This document shows, piece after piece, positions 1 through 11,400 of a stretch of DNA of 64,000 nt. Origin of the DNA: Azolla caroliniana (taxonomy: Eukaryota > Plantae > Polypodiophyta); the NCBI GenBank assembly GCA_043228905.1, contig JBHGNT010000010.1, forward strand, positions 1,922,001 to 1,986,000, given 5' to 3'. Numbering within the stretch: the first letter of the stretch is position 1; each line of letters begins with the position of its first letter. The position numbers and the translations under genes are program-made. The notes under the pieces are model-generated. The model had not been told where the DNA came from, searched no databases, and was given only the letters and a program-made list of their open reading frames with translations.

Positions 1-180
1 ACGCTTGCATGTCCACGCGTGCTCAACGCACGATGCCAAGCGTATGATCTCGTGTCCATGGCATCTGACCCGACCACGGGACTCAGCCCTTACAAGGAGG
101 ATGGTGTCGTCTACTTCACATTGTCTGCCGAGAACCTTCTTCCCTTCACCCTCATCAACGCGACCAAGACTGCGACCTAA
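1..180 (+). CDS. 3' end of secreted protein subtype A, copy A1 (truncated by window edge)
   Basis: Frame 1 reads TLACPRVLNARCQAYDLVSMASDPTTGLSPYKEDGVVYFTLSAENLLPFTLINATKTAT-TAA(178-180), the same as the C-terminus of 23048-23716. Position 1 corresponds to 23537. Confidence 0.9.
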   Translation, partial: TLACPRVLNARCQAYDLVSMASDPTTGLSPYKEDGVVYFTLSAENLLPFTLINATKTAT

Positions 181-1249
181 AAGCTCGACCTCCCGTCTAT
201 AAAACATGTGATTCAGGCTGTTATTTTGCAATGCAAAATTTGCAGATTGCTAAATAAGTGTATTCAAACTAGTGATTGGAACGAAACTCTGTGAATAAAA
301 TATAACAAGCACTACCTCATGATATATGAGAGCTTTCATGTTTCACCACAACTATGAGTGCTTCTTCTTTCTTATAAAAGTTGGGTATATGTTTGTATGT
401 ACATGTATTTATGCATGTATATCGTATGTATGTAGTACGCTTATATGTATGTAAGTATGTTAATTTGTATGTGTATAAACCACATTTTCCATGAGAGAGA
501 GAGAGAGAGGAGGAGGAGAAGAAGAAAACCTTGGATCAAGAACCTAGGAATTGTGCTTGACCTTTGGTTGTCTACAAGGGAGATGGGGGACTTTGAAGTT
601 TGAATCTCCCTTTTCTTGAAATTTTCTTACAATTATTTTAAAAACCTAACGTTATATGTTGGGTTTTACTTTGTGGCGTTTATTGTCGCGTCGAATCTAA
701 AAAACGATGGTACGAAATTGCATGTAACTTTTAGCGTCACGGTTAACATCATCCATCTAATGTGTCATTTAGTGTCGCTATCATTAGTAAAAATATGTTC
801 GACAGTAATGCCCCCTTATGCTAAAGTGTATATACATATAAAATATACAACACATATGCTCACTCACTTCATTTGCTCACAAATTTACAATACACCTAAT
901 TCACACGCATAAATTTGCAAGCACACAACATGTATAAAACAAGCAATTCAATTGAGAACAACTCAATAAGCATATTCAAACATGCTCATTGCTCACAATA
1001 AAAGCACATCACTAAGTGTTTCCTTGTAACAACAAATGCACACTTACAATCAACCCATACACATACATATACGATATAAATTAATAGACAAACCACCGAC
1101 CTCACATTCAACATACTTGCATTGTTGTACATGCACAAAAATTTGAGCATAAACACTCAAGTTCATACACAATTACAAGAAAAAGGAACATAAATAGATT
1201 GAAGGTTACCCATTTTCCACCGTCAAAACCCACCTTGGATCGTTTGGGT

Positions 1250-1690
1250 TCGAGGGTGTCAAATTCAAACTAGTTTAAAATCGAACTGTTTAAAATTTTG
1301 AAACTTGAACTGAACGGAACCGAACTGCAGAAACCATTAAAAATTGAGGTTTTGTGTTCAGCTTCAGTTTTCAAGTTAGGCCAAATTTCAAAATTTATCA
1401 AATTGTCATTGCGTCAAGTTTTAATAAAATTACAAAATTTTAATGTTTTTCCTTAAAATATGAGAACGAGGCTTAGAAATGAAAAGTTTGTTGATTTAAA
1501 ATATAAAATAAAATGAAGCGGCTACCCTAACCCATGAAACCATTTAAACCGCGGTTTCAAATGATTTAAACCAAAATTTCACCCCAAACCGAAGTGAACT
1601 GAAACCGAACAACTAAAAAAAACATAAACCGGAACCGAACCGAACTGAACCGTTAAGTTGTGGTTTCGCAGTTCGGTTCGATTCATACTG
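1250..1690. mobile_element. Degenerate AT-rich MITE-like element with AACCGAAC motifs
   Basis: Starts near AGGGTGTCAAATTC, has many AACCG/AACTG motifs and GGTTCGGTTCG at the right end. It lies between two ~320-bp direct repeats (~915-1240 and ~1710-2035) and is absent after A3. Confidence 0.45.
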
Positions 1691-3608
1691 AATTGTTGCT
1701 GATTGTTATTTGCAAGCACACATACATGTATAAAACAAGCAACTCAACCTAGAACAACTCTATTAATAATAAGTATATACAAACATGCTCACAGAAAACC
1801 ACTTAAACGTTTCCTTGTAACTACAAATGCACAACTTACAATGAAACCATACACATACACATACAATATAAATTAATAGACAAACCACCAACCTCACATT
1901 CAACATACATGCACTTTTGTACATGCACAAAAAATTGAGCATAAAATTTCAAGTTCGCAAACAATTACAAGGAAAATGAAAGTAAATATAATGAAGGTTA
2001 CCCATTTTCCATCATCAAACCCCATTATCCATGGTTCAAGTCTTTGGTGTCCTTGCTCACATTTTCCGTACTCTTCTTGTAGTGTTTGACGAATCAATTG
2101 GTCAGAGCAGTATATTGCTAGTCCAACAATATGTGAGGGAAGGAGGAATAATTTTCGAGTCAAATGATAGGGAGGATGTTGTAGATAGAAAAATTGTCAC
2201 CTCTGTAAGTGTCACTAAATCTTTTAGCCTAAGATACAAAATGTTTTCAAAAAGAGAGGGGAAAGAATGAACGTGAAGTTGTTACTCCAAAAAAGAAGTT
2301 GACAAGAGGAGTTTAGTTAGGATCATATGGTCAAGTCTATAATTGTTCTCACCATATATTCTCCCTAAGTTGGCAAAAGATTCAAGGGAAAAGGATTGAG
2401 TGATATCAAACCCCATATGAGACAACAAGGGATGTGGAATGAAGACTAATTGAGAACTTGAACATCATGAGTCATGACAATGGCCTTATCATCATCTCCC
2501 TTAAGAATTCTCAACTCATGTTTATAATTCAAATCTACTATCCTTATGCACAAGAAAACATTCATCCAACTTCTCAAACGTGATCTTCAAAGTACTCCAT
2601 CACTACTCCTTTGAGCCTGCTCACTACTCTTGCTATTTCACCATTCCACAATTCGACGAATTATGGTATGTCTCTCCAATTGAATCTCCAAACCTTGTCG
2701 ACGAACTTCCTCCACCATTACACTTATATATGTGGCCGTGTCCCTTGCACCAAGAGTTTTGTGCCACAACAATAAATGACACTTGAGCCGTCACCGCTTC
2801 TTTTTTATTGTTGTTGTAACTTTATTTCTATTTCTCAACTTTTCTTACTACCCTTAACGTTATGCTTGGATGTTTACATTGAGAGTTGGACAATATATTA
2901 TTCATCATAGCTTTTTTCGTTTGAAATGTACTTGATTTATGTTAATGTCAATAGTCATGTGTTTTAAAGGTTAATAGGATACAATTTCCGAATGTATTAT
3001 GTAGTAGACTGATTTCTGAAATATGTCAACATAAGTAATGATTTGCCATTTTGTCTTATGATAAACTAGGTTGGTCCCGTCTAGCCCAAAACAAAGACCA
3101 GAGAATGATTCTTATGGGGAAGGAATGTCGCAATCAATCTCTTATTCATATTGGTCCCTCTGCTGCATGAATCTTTTGCCCATGCATTTCTACGTTTCTC
3201 TCTAAATAAAGATTACCTATGGCACTTCTTTGAAGATAATTGCTTTAATTTCAATCCTCAGCTTGCATGCTTGACATCCACATAGAGTGAGTGGCTTTGG
3301 GGATAACCCTCAATGTAATGACCTTCAGAAGCTGGATGTCTTTTTGTTCAATCCTTTTTCTTTTCTCTACCACAAATTTGCACATTTTATCCATATGTTG
3401 GTTAGGCCCATTTTTTAGTCGATAGACATTTGTCATTCTTCATTACTAATATTGGACAATACAACAATGTACTGCGCTAGGTATTTGTTTCTCGTGATCC
3501 CCAGAAGAGATCATGATATATTGAAACTAAAGATAACTACACTTTATCATTCAACCTTATCTCGACTAAAGAAGATCTTAACGGGGTGTTTCTTTGTCAT
3601 CTATAAAA

Positions 3609-3801
3609 CCTATAAATAGGCCACAGTATCTCATCTCTCCACATCAACAATACATCACACCACCACAAGCACGAAAGGAAGTAAGGTAAAATTTCAGTAG
3701 TGTCAAACTGTTGGTCTGAATGTGGCTGTGTTAATGCATGTATGTATATATGTTCTCATTAAGAAGGAATGGTGTGTGTTTGCTCCTCATTCATTAGGAA
3801 G
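3609..3801 (+). promoter_or_regulatory. TATA box, 5' UTR and 5'-UTR intron of gene B1
   Basis: CCTATAAATAGG at 3609. The AAG|GTAAAA donor (3686) and TTCATTAG acceptor (3797) lie just before ATG 3802. The same layout precedes B2 and B3. Confidence 0.6.
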
Positions 3802-4467
3802 ATGAGGAGTCTTGTGCTACTTCTGGTTGCCATGGCCATTACCTTGGTTTCTACTAGCGCACTCGGCCAACCCAACGACATTTGCCCCACGGCCGATGAA
3901 GCCGTTTTCCCCCAGTGGTCCGTATGCTCCTCTCCAGCAACCTATAGCTACGCTGGGGGTGTTTACCAGATCCAATCGGTTGGGAGTAGCGCGGGCTATG
4001 GCCAATACCTGGCGCCAGAGTGGGACTCCGAGAATTCGACCTACTATGTCCGCCTGGTCAATGGCGCTTCCTCCGCGGCCAAATACGTGTTCACACACAA
4101 CAGCAGGGAAATCCGATCATATGTTGCAGTGAACGCCAATGACATCATCATCAAGAATGCCGACACCCAGAGATTTCTGGCATGGCGAGACGAGGGCGGG
4201 GAGAAGTTCCTCGTGGAGGCGGACACATCCGACGATGATACAAGCCAAGGATTCTTCAAGTTCACACCTGACTTTGTTCCCTTGCCCTGCCCTTTTATCT
4301 TGCAAGTGCGTTGCCAGGCCTACGACATCGTCTCGGGATCCGACCCCTCATCCGGACTCACCGCGTACAAAGAGGATGGCGCCATCTACTTCAAACTCGC
4401 CGCCAATGATCCTGTCCCCTTTGTCCTTCGTAGAACCCAAACTGAAAGCTTGAAAAGCTTAATGTAA
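3802..4467 (+). CDS. Secreted protein subtype B, copy B1 (221 aa; putative beta-trefoil protease inhibitor-like)
   Basis: GC-rich ORF in AT-rich flanks. Signal peptide MRSLVLLLVAMAITLVSTSALG and 4 conserved Cys. The upstream ATG at 3769 lies in the predicted intron and is followed by an in-frame stop in the B2 copy. Confidence 0.9.
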   Translation: MRSLVLLLVAMAITLVSTSALGQPNDICPTADEAVFPQWSVCSSPATYSYAGGVYQIQSVGSSAGYGQYLAPEWDSENSTYYVRLVNGASSAAKYVFTHNSREIRSYVAVNANDIIIKNADTQRFLAWRDEGGEKFLVEADTSDDDTSQGFFKFTPDFVPLPCPFILQVRCQAYDIVSGSDPSSGLTAYKEDGAIYFKLAANDPVPFVLRRTQTESLKSLM

Positions 4468-4790
4468 CCCGTTTGCTTATGCAATGCAAAATATGTATTG
4501 ATAATAATAAAACATTTCCCTACTTTTGATCGTGTCGAGGTAAAGCCTACATTCACGACAAGTTGTGGACATTGTCACTTCCCATGGTGAGTATTCATGA
4601 AACATACAGAAATTATTAGAAGTCACGATGAAATTTGTAAGAAGACAGACGAAATAATCGATTAGAAATTGGAAATTGTTTTGTCTATTATATGTGCCGT
4701 AGAAAGTTTTTGTGTACATAAATTTTGGTGGTTTGAGTTTTGAATAGTTTGCAGTAGCTAGAATTCGTGGTTGCAATCTTTGGATAAAGG

Positions 4791-5401
4791 TAACAATGGG
4801 CTTGACTTGGTTCGGTTTGATGTCTATGTCCTGAAATTGTACAGAACTATCCATATAAAACAAAAACCGAACCTAATCGTTTATGACCTCTTAATCCATT
4901 CAAACCAAACCGTTTAAGATCAAGTAAACCAAACCATTTAGGGAAACGTTGAAACCAAACCGAACCATTTAATAAAAAATTTTAAGCTAACCATTTAATC
5001 AAACTAATAAAAATGCTAAATAAACAAAAATACATTAAAATTAAACAAACATTGAAGTTAAAATGATTAAATCAATAAACAAAATTATGTAGACCATTAA
5101 ATTCAATAAACATTGTAGTTAAATTAATTAAATCAATAAAAAAACACTAATTAAACCATTGAGTTAATAAACCATTAAGGGAAAATAAAAGTTAACGGAA
5201 AAAACAATATACGTTTAAACAAAACCACTTAAACCTATAAACTGATATACCCCAATTTTAGAACTAAGCCTAACTAAAACCGAACTATTTATTTATAATC
5301 TAAATCAAACCAAACCATTAATTTTTTTTGGAACGGATAAATCGTTAAATAATGGCTTAACAGTTCGGTTCAATTTGAGTCGAAACTGGGACCATAGATA
5401 A
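4791..5401. mobile_element. AT-rich MITE-like insertion downstream of B1 (second copy ~29529-30140)
   Basis: AAACC-rich block flanked by ATAAAGG on both sides. The empty site TTGGATAAAGGGG is seen downstream of B3 (~45931). Confidence 0.5.
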
Positions 5402-6449
5402 ATAAAGGGGTATTTATATCGGGGATGAATAAAAGAGTTTGGAAAGTGTTTTCTTTGTAGTCTAAACAAATTTTGGGTATGGATAAGAGGTTCAAGTTAG
5501 ACTATACATTATTGAAGGTTTTTTTACCAACATCTAATTTATTTATGTTAATGTCCATGCTTATGTGTTCTATAGCTTAACACAATGCATTGGCAAAATA
5601 AGCCATTGCATTCTCAATATCATATATTATATAATAAGAATAGATTAGTTTCTCAAATCTTTCAACATAAGTAAGATTTTCCATTTTATCTCATAATAGC
5701 AACGTAAGGTATGGATGGGTTGGCCTTCCACATGGCGTGTGATCGTAGTACCATTACATGGGTAGTTACGTCAATCCAAAAATTTGAATCTCTCTTCCCC
5801 AACTTCAAAATGTAAACCATCATGATTAACTCGTCAAATTTGTCATGTTTATCATGGATGATCCTTGTCATGTCATAGAGTCATCACATGAGCTAATTCC
5901 TTTCCCAAACAAGCATGCTTGTTCATGGTTCTAGTTTAAAAAATATGTAAGCTTTGCAAACTTTACATTCCCATCTTTGTGAGAATTAAACAAGAGAGCA
6001 TAAAGGGAAGGATAGTGGAAGTATGTATACCTTATATTGATTGATTCTTGTTTACATATGTTTGTTTATATGTTATAGGAGGTTAGAAAACGTGCACCTT
6101 TTCAGGTGAACCAATACGAAGGGGTATATATATTTTCCTAACAATAAAATACTTAAATAAGATAATGCTAGTATGTATTGTACATTATAACTATTTCAAC
6201 AATCTCAAATGACCAAAACTCTCATGTCATTAGCATAATCACAAATATCTATGCATTGATCTACAAAGGGATTGGCCATGTCTAACCAAAGGCATGATCA
6301 TACAATGATTCCTTCCGAGGGAAGAATATAGCAACCGCATATTTATATTAGTGCCTCGACCACATGGATCGTTCGCTTGTATATTTCTTCTCCATAAATC
6401 AGTCTAATATAGCTCTTCTTTTCCAATAAATGCTAGTATCATTGATTCA

Positions 6450-6920
6450 CATGCATTTTCATGCTTGACAGCCACATGGAGTGGTCTTTGGATAACCCTC
6501 AAATTATGTCTATTCTAGGTAGTGCGGCCCATTCTTTGCTCGATGGAACACTTGGCTTCATCATTGCCATGTGATCTTGGCTTGATCTCTTTTTCCGTAA
6601 TATCTTTATTGGGTAAGTAGGCCCATTGTAAAAGGATGTATTGTACCACGTGGTCCCTAGAAAAGATAATATGCAGGTTTGTCCTTTCGTTGCTTTTTAC
6701 CATCCATGGGCAATCTTATCTGGACTAAAGATCTTATTTACACTTGTTCTTTGTCTATAACGCGGCTCAGATTGCAACCTTATATGGACCAAAGATCTTA
6801 TTGATGGTGCTCTTTGTGTGCATATCCAATAAAATCCACAATTAACCGCATAAATCTCTCCACATACATCAACAACACAAATACAACATACGGAAATGAT
6901 TAGAAATCACGATGAAAATT
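6450..6920 (+). pseudogene. Ghost of a B-like gene: promoter/5' UTR fused to 3' flank, CDS deleted
   Basis: Matches B upstream motifs (ATGCTTGACA..TTTGGATAACCCTCAA, CTTATCT.GACTAAAGATCTTA, ATCTCTCCACAT..CAACAA). It then continues directly into the B 3'-flank motif AACATAC.GAAAT.ATTAGAA.TCACGATGAAA. Second copy at ~31190-31660. Confidence 0.55.
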
Positions 6921-8436
6921 ATAGGTACTAGAGAGTGTGTATATATATATATATATATGTAAATCAATGGCAAATTGGAAATTGTTTGTTGTCAATAAGT
7001 CCCCAAGATCCCCAACAAAATTGTTTGTTTGTATAAGCACTCATTAGAATTCCGAGTGTGCAAACTTTGGGTGAATGAGAATTTAAAGAGAGATGGGATT
7101 TGAGAGTTTGGGATGTGTGTGTATGTATCATAAACTAGGAAGAGGAAGAGAGGAGGGATACATGTGAATATGAGGTTCAAGTTAGACTCTTAGGTTTGTG
7201 AGGAGTGTTTCTTCATTGGGTCTCGTTTGTGAGGGCTATATTCTATTGCTCCAAAACAAAGCTTCACAAGAAGTTTCTTCCTCATGTAAAGCTTTTTCAC
7301 TTTGATTTAGGTTCTCTTGGACGTGAGCTCGTCACAAGATATTTTTCTAGGATATCTCAACCTTCACATGTAGAACTTGGATTTTGCTTCCACTCTCATG
7401 CCTCGAACATAAGCTTCATTCTTCGACCGCCAAGGTGATTCCAAGGCAATACATCTTTATAATTTATGGTTAATACACAACTAGGTTAGGTCATTTAGGT
7501 AAGCTTGGTCTTGAGTTTGGATTGGAGGCTAAGGACAAACTGCAGGTTACATTTTAACAATTGAATCCTGTTATGTACACATAACATTGGTGAGGGTAAG
7601 TCACCAATACTTACATTAGTGAAGGGTATGTTCACTAATGTTAAAAGGGGGACTAATGATTGGATAGAAGGAATGATAAGTGCATTCACTTTCATGATTT
7701 GGACAACCAATTAATGGAGAGCCTTTTAGAAAGGCACATCTATTCAAGGGGCCTAGGAAAAGGTATAAATATGAGGTTTAGCTACCCTCATAATTGTTGG
7801 GATTACGGTCCCTCCGGATGGGATGGTCGGATGTCCGGGAATCGGGAATGAAGACCCGAATGAGGAGTACCCGGTTACGGAGCCGGATGCTGAAGACCCC
7901 GGTTACGGAGCCGGATGATGAAGACCCCGGTTACGGAGCCGGATGACGAATGTACCCGGAGAGAGATCCGGATGCGGGGACATATTTGTGAATATGTTTG
8001 CCAAGAGCCCTTGAGGCTATATTTGTAAATAACCCAACAGTCATATGTGTATAAATATGACTTAGGGCAAACAGTTTGTTGTTGTTGCTCATTTTATGCG
8101 AAGTGAGAGCAGCCGAGAGAGAGAGAGAGAGAGAGAGACGAAGAGGTCGTTGCCTCTGTGTATTACCGCCGCCTGTGGCGAAGACAGTGAGCTCAAGGTT
8201 GTTGCCTTGTAGCTTCACCAGTGTACATCCCTGTTCATAGTGATAGTTGGAATCTGAGGACTCCCGTGGTTTTTTCCCATTTAGGGTTTTCCACGTAAAA
8301 CATCCAGTGTGCCCTTCTCTCTATTGTTTTTCGTGCATTGTTGTATTTCCCGTTTTCTGTGAATCGATCCTGTTCCTCGGTTGTGGCCGAGCACTGTTTT
8401 TCAACAAGTGGTATCAGAGCGACGGTAACACAGAAA

Positions 8437-11400
8437 ATGGAAGGCGGCGGTAGTGGGCCTCCGGGCATGATGGTGTTGAACTCACAGAACTACGCCGATT
8501 GGAAGATAAAGATGGAAGACCTTCTCATCGTCCGAGACCTGTACGAACCGATCGACAATGCCGAGATACCCAAGGGAGTAATAGAGTCGGAGTGGAAGCT
8601 CCTGAACCGGAAAGCCGTAGCGACGATCCGGCAATATGTCGATGTAAGTGTCCTGCAACATGTGGCGAACGACACGAACGCATATGAGATGTGGAAGAAG
8701 CTGTCGGGCCTCTACGAGAGGAAGAATGCGTTGAACCGGACCTCCCTGATGAGGAAGATAGTGAACCTCAAGTACCGGGACGGGGAGAATATGGTGGAAC
8801 ACGTGAGCACGTTCATGGGATTCGTGAACCAGCTTGCGGCGATCAAGTTCCCGTTGGAGGATGCAATGCAAGCCATCATTCTGATGTGTACATTGCCGGA
8901 AAGCTGGGAGAACTTGGTGGTGACTCTCAGCACCTCCTGCACCGAAGATAACTTGTCTCTACAAACGGTAAAGACAAGCATTTTGAACGAAGAAGCGCGT
9001 CGGAGAGATAAAGAACCGGTTTCTGATCCGAAGATGCTGCTTACCGAATCGGATCGGGGAAGACAATGGAACCGGAGTCCGCAAAGACGGGAGAAGTCGG
9101 GGACCCGGTCGCAGTCTAGAGGAAGGCCCACATGCTTCCACTGTGGGAAGCCGGGGCACTTCCGGAAGAATTGTCGGCATTACCGAAAGGACAACGGAGC
9201 CGACGACACCGATTCGAAGAAGTCACCGGAGAGAAACGGTGCATACCGGGGAGCCACGGACCGGAGAGGTCCGGATCGGCGAGGGCAGGACCGGAAAGGA
9301 ACGACGGCACTCGCGGCAAGTGAAGAAGAAATCATGCTCATTACCGAAGAGAGGGAGCTGAACCTTGCCGGTGTAGAGATGACCTGGGTGGTTGATTCCG
9401 GAGCGTCGTTCCACCTGACCCCGGAGAAGAAATACTTCTCATCCTACACAACCGGTGAGCACGGCTGTGTCCGGATGGGAAATGAAGGCACATGCCGGAT
9501 TGCCGGCATAGGAGACGTGTGGCTGATGACATCAACCGGATGCAAGATGCTGCTGAAGGATGTGCGACACGTTCCGGAGGTCCGATTGAACCTGATCTCG
9601 GCCGGGAGGCTAGATGATGAAGGCTACACGGGTAGCATCCGGAACGGTGTCATGAAGTTCAGCAAGGGGAGCCTGATAGTGGCTCGGGCCCGGAAGGTCA
9701 ACACACTGTACCTGATGAATTCCCGGCTATGTCCGGAGGAGCTGAACGTGGCAGCCGACACTGCCGGTGAGCTGTGGCACAAGAGACTGTGCCACATGAG
9801 TGAGAAGGGAATGAAGAGGCTTGCAGAGGACAGCCTTATTCCAGTGAAGCATGTGCACCTGGAGAAGTGCACCGACTGCCTGGCCGGTAAGCAGAACCGA
9901 ACCTCCTTCCACTCAAGGCCACCGACGAGACGTAGCGCACCATTGGAGTTGGTGCACACGGATGTGTGTCAGGTAGAAACGAAGTCACATGGCGGAGCCC
10001 AGTACTTCGTGACTTTCATTGATGATCACAGCCGGAAGCTGTGGACAGCACCGTTGAAGACAAAGGACCAAGTATTGTCCGTCTTCAAAGAACTCCACGC
10101 GAGAGTGGAAAGGGAATCCGGCAAGAAGCTGAAAGCGATACGAGCAGATAACGGAGGGGAATACCGGGGGCAGTTCCAGGAGTACTGTCGCTCGAAGGGA
10201 ATCCGGCTCGAGTTTACTGTGCCGAAGACGCCGGAACTGAACGGGCTGGCCGAGAGGATGAACCGGACCATAATGGAGAGGGTCCGGAGTATGCTGGCGC
10301 ATGCGAAATTACCCAAGGGGTTTTGGGCTGAGGCAATGTCGACGACGACATACGTGATAAACAGATCACCCTCAGTACCTTTGGACGGAGACACGCCGCA
10401 GAAAGTGTGGACCGGTAGGGAAGTATCCTACCGGCATCTGAAGGTCTTCGGGTGTCTCGCATATGTGCATGTGGCAAAGGACCGGAGAGGAAAGCTAGAT
10501 CCAAAGACCCGGCCATGCATATTCCTCGGTTACGGCGACGACGAGTTCGGCTACCGAGTATGGGACCCGGTCGACAAGAAGATATTCAGGAGTCGAGACA
10601 TCATCTTCATGGAGGACAAGACACTCGCCGACTTGGAGTCGGAGAAGAAGATGAAGAGCTCCAAGTCGACCGGTGAGGATCAACTCTACGAGGAGCAGTC
10701 CCGACCGGCAAGGGACCGGTTAGCACTCGAGGATCCGGCCGAAGACGGTGAAGAAACAGAACCGGCCGAAGAAGATGAAAATGATACCGGGACCGGCCCC
10801 GATCCCGAAATGGATTCGGATGAAGAAGAATCGGAAGAACCGGTTACCGAAGCTCCGGAACGGAGATATCCTCTAAGGGAGAGAAGGGCCCCCCGGAGAT
10901 TTCCGGAACCAGAGCACGTGCTGCTAACCGACGAGGGGGAGCCGGAGAGCTTTGAAGAAGCAAAGCATGACACCCAGAGCCGTAGGTGGTTGAGTGCCAT
11001 GCAGGACGAGATGGATTCCCTGCATGAGAACCACACATATGAACTTGTGGAGCTGCCGAAAGGAAAACGGGCACTCCGTAACAAGTGGGTGTTCAAGCTG
11101 AAACCGGGAGATGCCGGAAACCCCCCGAGATACAAAGCCAGGATCGTGGTGAAGGGGTTTCAGCAGAAGAAGGGCGTCGACTTCGACGAGATATTTGCCC
11201 CGGTAGTGAAGATGACCTCCATCCGGACGGTGCTGAGCATAGCGGCAAGCATGGACCTCGAAGTAGAACAGATGGACGTGAAGACGGCATTCCTTCACGG
11301 TGACCTCGAAGAAGAAATCTACATGCAGCAACCGGAAGGATTCGAGAAGAAAGGGAAGGAGCACCTGGTATGCCGGTTGAAGAAGAGCCTTTACGGACTG

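Noticed and set aside
616-912. 98-aa ORF repeated three times (also 4477-4863 and other short recurring ORFs)
   Set aside because: Recurrence reflects the recent segmental duplication; non-ATG starts, AT-rich, no coding signature.
2040-2900. Possible highly decayed retroelement relic in the A-B spacer
   Set aside because: Only vague composition and a CKGHGH-like fragment on minus; no ends or domains I can support.
3769-3801. Upstream ATG extension MVCVCSSFIRK of B1/B3
   Set aside because: Lies in the predicted 5'-UTR intron, is interrupted by a stop in B2, and would mask the signal peptide.
8338-8436. ORF-track N-terminal extension of the Copia polyprotein
   Set aside because: Starts at a non-ATG codon inside the LTR, upstream of the PBS; the real start is 8437.
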